From Mobula hypostoma (Eukaryota), in assembly GCF_963921235.1 (NCBI RefSeq), contig NC_086097.1, positions 58,716,001 to 58,780,000 on the forward strand: a stretch of 64,000 nucleotides of DNA. Reading direction: 5' to 3'. The translations under genes and the position numbers were made by a program. Below, piece by piece: positions 12,155 through 22,014 of the stretch. Numbering within the stretch: position 1 is the first letter of the stretch; each line of letters begins with the position of its first letter. The notes beneath the pieces are model-generated. The model saw only the letters and a list, made by a program, of their open reading frames with translations. It did no database searches and was not told where the DNA came from.

Positions 12155-14195
12155 TGCTGTGTATTTAATATTTCAGTAATATTTGAGTAAAATTGTCAAT
12201 ATGTTGTTGATTAAGAATTCTCTGTTTAAGTGATTCATGTAAAATATGAGAATTGCTTAAGTCATGATGCATGCATGTCTCACTAAAGTAAAGAACAAAT
12301 TAAGACTCGCACCTCTTGGCTCTCTTGTTTTCCTTTCAATTACTTTAATGTTTTGTTATTACAAAACTTAACAGTGGTGACAAGGTATTTTTAAAAAATA
12401 AACCCAGATGACTACCTACTTGCTGAAGCGCAGTGAGATGGTTGAGTTAAAAAAATGCACAGCATGTTTCTTTTTTCCTCAAGGCAGCATATTTTATTCA
12501 TAAAAAGGAAAGGTGATTGAGTTTAAAAGAAGGGAGGAAAATGGATGAATTCACGGGTTCATAAACAATGAGTACTGGATGATAATAATCATAAAAATAG
12601 AGCAGAAATGGCTGGCTACATTGGAAAGGTTGATGTGTTTGATGACAAAACAGATAACTGGCACATGTGTATAGAATGTATTGAAGAGTATTTTAGATCA
12701 AATGAATAGCCAAGGAGAAACAAACACCAGTTTTGCTGAGTGCATTGGATGGAAAGCATACAGTTTGCTTATGAATTTGACTGTTGCAACCAAACCAGCG
12801 GAAGTGTGCTTTGTGAAAGTAATGCAGGAACATTTAGACCAAACCCATTGTTGATTGCAGAAAATTTTAGGTTTCATAAGTGGAATCAAAAGGAAGGGTG
12901 CTCTATTTTAGCATATGTGGCTGAATGAAGAGATTGTCTGAGCATTGTCAGTTCAGTGATGGGTTTAATGATGCACTGAGATAATTTAGTTTGTGGAACC
13001 TTCCAAGAAAGCATTCAAAAATGGCCCCTAATTGAAGCATGACGCACATTTAAAAGAACAGTGGAAAGTACTATATCAATGGAAACAGTGGGCAGAGATG
13101 CAATTGAGTTGCAGTCAGGATTGAAAATGAGCTTGAACAAAATTGACATGTGTAAACGGAAACAGGCCTGCATGAACAAGTCGTGTTATCATCTTGGCAG
13201 GGGCTCACATACACCAGACCATTGTCAATTTAAAGTTGAAACTCGCAGACATTGCAACAAAGTAGGATACGTACAGGGAAACAGTCAGGCAGACAAAAAT
13301 AACTAGATTGCACAGGGAAGAAAAAAGATAAAAAAGTCAATTTGCAGTTTCAAAAAGAGCACTAAATTGCATGCTGTTGATGAAATATCTGATAATGGTG
13401 AGAAAGATATAGGACTGTGTAGTCTTAAGATTTACATGTGAAAACTAACAATAGACAAGTAATGATTACACCAAAAGAGAATGGCTATATATTAAAATGA
13501 AATTTGACACTGGCTTGGCTGTTTCTGTCATTTCATAATGAGTTTGAATGGCATTTGGAAGATACTAAACTGAAGCCTGCAGATGTCCAATAAAGAATTT
13601 ATACTGGAGAAAAGATAATTCCTGTAGGAATGATATTTGTAATAGTGAAATACAACAACCCACCCGGCACATTGGATTTGTATGTGGTAAAAACAGGAGG
13701 GCCAACAATGTGGCATCATGATTGGCTGAGACAACTACAACTTGATTAGAGATCCATCCACCTGTAATCGCGTCAATTGAAAGCAAATTAAGAAAGGTAC
13801 TGGATGCTGCCACATCAGTGCTCAGGAATAACATTGGTAAACTTAAACATATCAAGGGTAAAATAATGTTAAATGAAAATGCCACCAAAAGTACTACAAG
13901 GACCATCTGGTTCTTATACCATCCATGATAAATAGAAATTCAGAGACTGAAGGAATTCTTTCCAAGGCTGAGTGGAACCAATGGGCAATGTTAGTGATCC
14001 TAGTAGCTAAGAAGAATGGGTCTGTCAGGATCTGTGATGATTTTAGGGTCACCATCAACCCAATGCTGAAAGTAGATCAGTACCCTCTGCTCTGAATAGA
14101 GGATGTCCTTGCAAATGTTCCCAGAGGAAAACACTTCAGCAAAGTTATCTTAGCTCAGGCCTACCTGTGTATGGAGATAGAAGAATATTGAAAGT

Positions 14196-15705
14196 GTTGG
14201 ATAGAATTTTTGTCACAGTGAGGGGGCATAGGGAGCAAGGGTGGACCCAAATGCAAGACACATCTTGTGAGGTTAATTAAATTTAGTTCATTGTTCGATA
14301 CCAGGAGACGAAGGCAGGAGCAGGAATAATGAACTGGACAAGGTCTCGGAACTACAGCTAGGCTGGGACTAAGGGTCTGGGCTAGTTCTTGGAATCGGAT
14401 CCCAGTAGAGGTGACATGAAGAGGCTACGGTATGGACTCCGAGCCAGGGACTGGGCAAGGACCCAGTACCTGGTTCTTGCCTCGGGCTCAGATCCCAGAA
14501 CCAGGCATGGACATGACATGGGCTGGAGAGAGGAGGAACATGGAAAAACAGAGCTTTGGTCTCGGGAGAGCAGGTACATGGAACCATGAACGCATACACA
14601 GAACACAGAGTCGGGACCCCTCCTTGGGTACAGGACATAGGGCCAGGACTCATGATCCCCCACGGGGCAACGGCAAGACGGCTTTACTTATCCCATGGAG
14701 ACAAGGACAAGACAAGACAAGACATGACCCCCCGCAGGGCAACGGCAAGATGGCCTGACTTACCCCACGGAGGTGAGGACAAGACAAAACAAGACATGAC
14801 CCTCCACGGGGCAATGGCAAGATGGCCTGACTTACCCCACGGAGGCGAGACAAGACAAGACAAGACATGAAAGAACACCAGACAGTACCTATCTAGCTCT
14901 GGTGATAGAACTAGACCAAGGTGCAGGCGAGGGCTGCAGACGAGGGCTAGAGGTGAGAGGGGCAGAGAAGGGATTCAGACAGGGGGGTAGGACAGGAATC
15001 ACAGACCACCAGGGCCAGGACTTGACTCGGAACTTGGATGCCACCAGGGACAGGACTTGATTCGGAACTTGGATGCTGCCAGGGACAGGACTTGACTCGG
15101 TACTTGGATGCCGCCGGGTAGTGACGAACTCTCGACTTGGCCCGGGAACAGTAGACAGCGGTTCTTGATTCCCTCCAGTGGGTTAACTAATGGACCCACC
15201 TTGGTGAGGAAACTTTGCAGGCTCGCCTTGGCGAGGTAACTTGACAGGGTTGTTCCGGTGAGGAAAGGTGAATTACTGGCACTCGCTTCGGGTGGAGACT
15301 AGGGAGTAGGCTTGCTCCGGCCAGATGACATTGGCATGCCGTACCTTTGGTGACTTTGCAGACGCTCCCACGTCGAACAGCTGAAAGCTGGAGACAATAA
15401 ACTACCAGTTCAGCCGGGAGTAAATTGCCCCTAATCACCAAGGCCAAGGGACACGGGAAAACAGGGAACCAAAGGGAAAGAGGGAGTCAATGGTCCGGAT
15501 CGTAACGTAAACAAAGTAAATTTAAAGGGACCCCGATCCGGACCATGACATTTTTGTGTAGTAGGGGAATTAAAGGTTATGGGGAAAAGGCGGGTGGGTG
15601 AAGATGAGTCCATGGCCAGATCAGCCATGATCTTATTGAATGGAAGAGCAGGCTCAACGGGCCAGATGGCCTACTCCTGCTCCTATTTCTTATGTTCTAA
15701 TGTTT
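14196..15705 (+). mobile_element. CR1 LINE 3' end (14196-14210 plus 15551-15705) inserted in the Gypsy RT
   Basis: gttggatagaatttt joins to tgtgtagtaggggaattaaaggttatgggg...atcagccatgatcttattgaatgg...cctactcctgctcctatttcttatgttct, a typical CR1 3' UTR similar to 56085-56237. Confidence 0.8.
14211..15550 (-). mobile_element. 1340-bp solo LTR (TGTCA...TGACA), probably Gypsy-type, with internal 72-bp x3 and 35-bp x3 tandem repeats
   Basis: Termini tgtcac (14211) and catgaca (15550), T-run (tttt) on both flanks. 72-bp units start at 14651/14723/14795; 35-bp units start at 15016/15051/15086. Minus-strand end ...gcatttgggtcc...ctgtgaca. No coding motif. Confidence 0.75.
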
Positions 15706-16831
15706 CTTATTTTTGGAGTAGCATCTGCACCTGCAGTCTGGCAGAAAACTATGGACCAGGTGATGCAAGGCTGCCCAGGCACTCAGTGTTACCTGGATGA
15801 CATCATTGTTACCAATAAGGCTGAACATCTCCAAAAATCTCAAGAAAATGTTAAAAAGATTAGAAGATTATGGGCTCAGAGCTGAACGCAGCAAGTGTGA
15901 GTTCTTTAAACCAAGCATCATTTACTGTGGTTACACCATCAATGCACAAAGATTACAGTGCTGTGCTAAGAAAATTCAAGCAGTGGTGGATTCCCCAAGG
16001 CCAAAAGATGTGTTGTAGTTGCGGTTCTTTTTAGGATTTGTCAATTACTATAACATGTTTCTGCTAAACCTGGCTACTGCGCTCCACCCCCTGAACACAT
16101 TACTCCAGATCAGGAAGAAATGGCAATGGACGAAGCAGTGTGAGGTGGCTTTCCAAAAGACAAATGAAACGGTCATGTCAGACATTGTACTCAGCCATTA
16201 TGATCCATATCGTCCAGTGAGGCTTGCCATACACTGTTCGGAATGCCAACATGCCCAGAAGAAGGTGTCCAGAGCTGTCAGAACCACTTCCTGTAGTTTC
16301 AGAGTCAACTTCTACAACCACCATGGAGGAGGCCCCAGAACCCGAGATTGTTTCACAGCCACAATTCTCTCCTGCCAAGCAGAATAGTGACTAGTGACTT
16401 GTCAGGAAAGGAGTTATTTCACTGGAGTAAGAAGTCCCCCACAGTGATTAACTCTTTAGGCCTAGATGGGACATTTTAAAATTTACTATCCTATAGATGT
16501 GTGTATATAATAGTTGTATTATATAGTATATTGTGTATATCATTGAGATGCATTCTGTATTGAGTTGGAATTTATAGCTAACCAGGGAGGAGGTTGTGTA
16601 ACTTAATATTTCAGTAATCTTGTAAATATATTGTTTGAATAAGCATTCTTTATTTGTTTAAATAATATATTATGGGTTGTATGTAAAAATATGTGAATTA
16701 CATATGTTATGACGCTACCACCCGATATGTGTGCGTCTCGCTAAAGTATAGAAAAACATAAGACTCGTATCTCTCAACTCTCTTATTTTACTTTCAATTA
16801 GTTTCATGTTTTTGTATTACAAAACTTAACA

Positions 16832-16925
16832 GATGGGAAAGTCCTTATCAAATGCCATTAATTACAAACAATAAAAGTAGAAGGTAGAAGCAAGTGGATA
16901 CATGCTAGCCATCACAAGTGAGCTG
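16832..16925 (+). pseudogene. pol: Continuation of ERV integrase (GPY/F module) after the Gypsy insertion
   Basis: WESPYQMPLIT...KVEGRSKWIHASHHK resembles the retroviral RWEGPYQVLL...VKVEG..WIHASH motif and continues KKLYKKPLSS at 12121-12150. Confidence 0.85.
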
Positions 16926-16984
16926 AAGTAGTAGCTGGCAAGGACAACAAGCACTGTGGCTAATGTTGCTAGTAACCTCGAACT

Positions 16985-17383
16985 CTCCTCTAAGTGCACC
17001 ACCACCTTGGTGTAGCTTGCAGTTTTGCATGACTTCATGGCCCGGAGAGCGATGTTGGCTGGAGTCAGGGCTTCATGCCCTGGCCCTTGGTAGGGTCACC
17101 CATTCCAAACAGGTCAAAAGTTAGAGGCCAGGCTAAGGGTGGTCCACCGGTCCTCCAGGCTCAGGGCTAACAACCCTGACTGGTAAAACAATGGGGAAGC
17201 AGCAATGATGGATATTTCTACATCTGTGTGAGGTGGTATTCCTGAGTCTCCACCTGCATGACTATAGTGAAAACCAAGAGGAAGCTACTGACATGATGAA
17301 GGAAGCCTTGAACCCTACCAGCAATAAAGGACCTTCATTGCTACCCTAAATATCAGTGGTATAACAGGCAATAAGTAAGTAAC
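16985..17383 (+). mobile_element. Non-autonomous RTE-related SINE with (TAAG)n tail
   Basis: Ends aataagtaagtaa. Same family as the reverse-oriented copy at 49542-50010 (shared ggctggagtcaggg, gggtcac.cat.ccaaacaggtca, ctaacaaccctgact, aaggaccttc). Confidence 0.65.
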
Positions 17384-17384
17384 T

Positions 17385-17642
17385 ACTGATTCAGTGCCTA
17401 TGCCACAGTGTTACAAAAAAGAAATTACTATCCAGCCAGAAGATTTCGGACAGAGTCGACAATTACTTTTTGCTATTATATTTTTGCCAATTTTCCTTAC
17501 TCAATATGCCAACTGAGATGACTCATAATGTATATTTGCAAGTATCACATGAACTCGCTGATGCACATTGAGATAGTCGTCATGCATAAGATGGTTCTTC
17601 AAAATCGTATGGTATCAGATCTTCTCTTAGGAGTTAAGGAGG
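17385..17642 (+). pseudogene. env: ERV env remnant with immunosuppressive-domain motif and a large internal deletion
   Basis: Hydrophobic signal-like LLFAIIFLPIFL, then HNVYLQVSH (~17524-17550), then EIVVMHKMVLQNRMVSDLLL (17570-17630), resembling the class I TM ISD LQNRxxLDxL. Confidence 0.7.
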
Positions 17643-19074
17643 AAAAAAACAAATGATGGCAGAGAATTGAAAAATAGCAAAGATCTGGCATAAAAGCTGT
17701 GTAACTGTTGTGTATAACTTCTATTTAATGAATGCTGCTTATCAAAGGGTAGAAACCAGCAGAATAAGGTAAAAAAAATCTCTGACAGAGAGACAGAAGG
17801 ACAAGCACATCTAGTATTATAAGAATTATTGATTTAAACAGAATATAAGTGGTGTTTTCCTAGATTTGCACACAATCTTTCAGAAGAACTCTCTCTCTCT
17901 CTTGATTATGAACAAAAACAATTGAAATGTTATATGACATAATCTATAATTCTTTGCTGACATTTGATAAATTCTTCTTTCATCACATGCTGTTTCAAGA
18001 CAGTGCATTCCTCTCATCGTCAAATTCTATTTGCAATTACAAAACGACAGAGTACAAAGTGACAGCATCCAAGGTGTGCTGCAATGTTTTAATCGGAAAA
18101 CCATTCACAGCAACACGGTTTGCAATGATCTTACCAGAAAATAAATTAGATTTTTTTTGGATGAAATACTTAATCTTTTGTGTCAATTTTGATAATGCTG
18201 TCCATTTTCAGGACACTACAAACAACATTCATGAGGTTATTGTGAAAATATAGATAATCAAAAGATGTAGCAAGAGCTGGCAAAGAGAAGAAATATTAGG
18301 TAACGAATAATAGACTGTTAAGAATAAACTGGCTATGGGTAGAGGAAGCAAAGGACAATTATTAAGGAGAGAACAAATATACAGATATTGTTGTATTTGA
18401 AATTCAAGAAAAAATATAGATCTGGTAGAAAATGATATGTATCTGCCCTCCCTAATTTCCATCAACACTTCCTCGAGACACTGCTCATCCCGTTGCTTAG
18501 TAAATAGCTGTTGGTGAGATGCTCAGTATATGAAAGTTGTTATTGAATTCAAATGCCTAAGAAAGGAAGAATGCTTCTCGGCACAGTTCAAGGACAAGTG
18601 ATTATTACTTCGTACGGGCACAATGTTGCCTCAAGTTTGTAATCATCATGTAATGTCTGTGCAAACTGTTTCACACATTACCATGCTAAAACATATTTAA
18701 TATTCTACAAGGATATTTTCATTCTGTAAGATTTATTATTTATGGCTTACACAGTATCGAATGGGTTGCAGTCATTCATATTGATTTAGAAAAAGTCAAT
18801 AATGCTCATAATGTAAGAAAAAACTCCTTAAATATTATGATTGACTTAATTTATACTGAAAGAATAAAGAATTTTAATAAGCTTAAAAATAATGTAGTGA
18901 CTTTTTAAGCCAAACCTGGCCTAATCATATATTGAAAGCATAAAAAGGCCACTTGGACTGAAATTTCAGAGACTATTTAAAAAAATCTTTTGGAAAATGT
19001 GTAAATAGCTGAAAGCTGGTCTAAGGTTTCATTCTGAGAGCTATTCAGAAATACTTGTAACTATTAAAAAATTA

Positions 19075-20325
19075 ACATAGAACATTACAGCAGAAAACAG
19101 GCCATTCGGACCACAATATTATTCCGACCTTTTAACCTACTCTAAGATTAATCTAACACTTTCCTCCCGCATAATCATCTATGTGCCTGTCCAAGAGTCT
19201 GTCAATACCACCAACCTGGCAGTGCTTTCCACACACCCACCACTCACTGTGTAAAAAGCTTATCCTTGACATCCCCCCTAAACTTACCTCCAATCACTTT
19301 AAAATTATGCCCACTCATGATAGCCATTTCTGCTTTGGGGAAAAAAACTTCACTGTCCCCTCGATCTATGCCTCTTATCATCTTGCACACCTCTACCAAG
19401 TCACCTCTCATCCTCCTTCTCTCCAATGTGGAACGTCCTAGCTTGCTTAGCCCAGTGGTCCCCAACCACTGGGCCGTGGACTGGTACCCAACTACGAAGC
19501 ATGTGCTACTGGGCCACGAGGAAATGATATGACTTGGCGATATGAAACAATATGAGTCAACTGCACCTTTCCTCATTCCCTGTCACGTCCACTGTTGGAA
19601 CTTGAACGCACGCGAGGTCATTACCCATGCATCATCCATGTCAGCGTGGGAAGAAGATCAACTCCTCGAGCTTGCAGATGATGGTGGGCTGAAAGGTATG
19701 TTTGACATAACGTCTCTGTCGGCATTCTGGATCAAAGTCAAGGCTGAATATCCTGAGAGCCACAAAAGCACTGAAAACATTGCTTCTATTTCCACCATAT
19801 CTCTGCGAAGTGGGCTTTTCTGCAATGAATGCAATGAAAACTAAGTTGCGGAACAGACTGGACATAAGGAACCCCCTTCGAGTATTGCTGTCTCCCATCA
19901 CCCCTCGATGGGACTGTCTTGTTGCAGGAAAACAAGCCCAGGGCTCCCACTGATTCAGCGATATTGGTGTGTTGCAAAGAGTTTTATATGTTCATACGGG
20001 GAAAATACACGCTGTGTGCTTAATATTAAATTTGTTAGATAAGCCCTTTTAGAAATGAAATTGAGTGTATTAGCCACTTATAAGTGACTTAGTTGACTTG
20101 TCACCTATATTCTGGTCGTGATTAACACCACCACCCCCCTACCGGTCGGCCGGTCCACGAGAATATTGTCAATATTAAACCGGTCCGCGGTGCAAAAAAG
20201 TTTGGGGACCTCTGGCTTAGCCTATCCTCATAAGACATGCTCTCCAATCGAGTAAATTTTCTCTGCACCCTCTTTAAAGCTTCCACATCCTTCCTAAAAT
20301 GAGGTGACCAGAACTGTACACAAGC
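19075..20325 (-). mobile_element. CR1 LINE 3' fragment (19075-19452 and 20215-20325) split by a hAT element
   Basis: LERRRMRGDLVEVCKMIRGIDR...GHNFKVIGGKFRGDV; minus-strand tail near 19075-19110. Confidence 0.88.
19453..20214 (+). mobile_element. Non-autonomous hAT (Charlie/Buster group) DNA transposon, 762 bp, retaining only the C-terminal dimerisation region
   Basis: TIRs cagtggtccccaacc and gtttggggacctctg. Perfect 8-bp TSD GCTTAGCC (19445-19452, 20215-20222). EEDQLLELADDGGLK..FWIKVKAEYPE..YLCEVGFS..KTKLRNRLD..KQAQGSH*. Confidence 0.95.
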
Positions 20326-20384
20326 CGAGGAGAGAGACCTAATAGAGATATGCTACATTTTGTCGGGTTTGATGAAGGTGATGA

Positions 20385-20677
20385 GAAATGCTTCCTCATA
20401 ACTAAAATGTCTAAAGCCAGAGGGGTTTGATTTGATGAGTAATATGGTTAGAGTGGTTTTGAGAAAGAAACAAGTTATTTGGAGTGTGGTTGAAATCTGA
20501 ATCACACTGCCTGAGATGGTAGTGGAATTGGTATTTTCACAACATTTAAAAATTATTTGATCATTGTTTGAATCACCACGGCATAGAAAGCTATGGAACG
20601 AGTGCTGCAAATGGGAGTATTATGGACGGCAGTCACTTCACAAGCTGAAGGGCATGTTCCCATACTTTATGACTCTC
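20385..20677 (+). mobile_element. Old CR1 3' fragment
   Basis: Decayed gtggttgaaatctgaatcacactgcctgagatggtagtgga...gctgaagggcatgttccc.tactttatgactct. Confidence 0.6.
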
Positions 20678-21019
20678 TGAATCAGCTCACTTCCAATGCT
20701 GTGCCCTTCCCAATGCAATTCATGACTTCAGCGAAATAGTCCTCAGAGTGAGGAGACACCTCAAATCAAAGCAAGTGGCCTCATGAATTAGTGCAAACTG
20801 ATTTTCAGGCTATTGATGTTTTAACCATAAGGGTAGCAGGTTGTATGCAGCTGAGCAAGGCTCAGAGTCCGTTTTCTTTTCTTTGTTGAATATATGCTTT
20901 CTCCTGGTTGATACCCCAGCCAGAGATTTAAATTTTCACAAAAAATGGGTCTTTGCCTCTATGAAGAGATCATCTCAATCTATTTCCAAAACCTGCCACA
21001 TTTCAGGCAGTTTAATTTA

Positions 21020-21440
21020 CCATAGTCATAGAATGTTTTCAGTTATTCATCCTGTTCTTCCTCCCCAAGTCTATGTGGGTTTCTCAAGCACAATGTAGCA
21101 AGTCCCTCTTACCTGTCCATTTCCCACAGACCTGATTTATTTAAAGTGCTGAGCCAATTCCCTTTTGAAAGCTGTGATAGAATCTATCAGACAATGGATT
21201 GCAGGTGTTAACTACTCACTCTGTAAAATTAATTTACTCGTGTCACCTTTGGTTCATTTGTCAATCTCCTTAAACCTGTGTCCTCTGGCTTTCAGCTTTC
21301 ACCAGTGGCAACAGTCTCTCTCCATCCTCTCTGTCTGGGCCCTTACCCTTCTATACACTCAATCATAACTTGCACACCTCAGTCTTAATGTCCTTGTCTC
21401 TAGAATACATATACAGGTTTTCCAGCTCTTCCCTATTTAC
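21020..21440 (-). mobile_element. Old CR1 3' fragment
   Basis: ccttaaacctgtgtcctctgg and taacttgcacacctcagtc are reverse complements of the CR1 RGH.LK and DL.EV.K regions. Confidence 0.5.
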
Positions 21441-22014
21441 ATAGGTTCCTCTCCCTCTCTTGCTCTGGAATCAGATTAATGGGAAAACACATAAATAAAT
21501 AAATAAATAAATCTCCTTTGGAAGAAAATGTTGCCTTTTACTGGAACTCAGATGTGACTGTTCAATTGTCAATAATTATACTCACTCTAAGAGGAGCTGT
21601 GGTCACATAATTGAAACACACTCTCTACCAGTGCTCTATTAGTGTGGAAAGATAATAACCTTTCAGCTTTGAAAGAATACATTGATTTAAAGCTGAACAA
21701 TCAATATAATATCTGAATAGTACCCAGCCATTGCACATTGACATTTCTTTGGCATATTCTATTATATATTATTTATGGAAATCTTGAGACCAAAACGGTT
21801 TGCTTTATAATTATATGACATATGTATATTTGTGTGATGCAACTTCAAATGCAATGCAATTTCAGTGAAAGATGACTCATATGGGAGAAATGTGGACAAA
21901 TTCACAGAGGAAGATGTCATTTCACAGCCACAAAATGTGCAGCCCTCTCACCCATAAGCAGCATCTTTTGCAAACTTCCTGATTCCCATGGTTATCTTGA
22001 CTAAACATCTTTGG

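Larger units (their letters stand above)
12155..16831 (+). mobile_element. Decayed Gypsy/Ty3 LTR retrotransposon (K02A2.6-like) inserted in the ERV integrase C-terminus
   Basis: LTRs 12155-12373 and ~16593-16831, both ending acaaaacttaaca. PBS tggtgacaagg (decayed TGGCGACGAGG, tRNA-Ser) at 12375-12385. PPT agggaggag at 16584-16592. gag MAGYIGK, protease [18 protein letters not shown] and YLDD (15790-15801). Most RNase H and integrase deleted. Flanks aatgg/gatgg. Confidence 0.93.

Noticed and set aside
14369..15447. Cluster of short ORFs in the solo LTR
   Set aside because: Arise from GC-rich tandem repeats; no gag, pol or recombinase motif.
17927..18253. 108-aa ORF downstream of ERV env
   Set aside because: No env, accessory-gene or host motif recognised, and no 3' LTR similarity to 7800-8119 seen.
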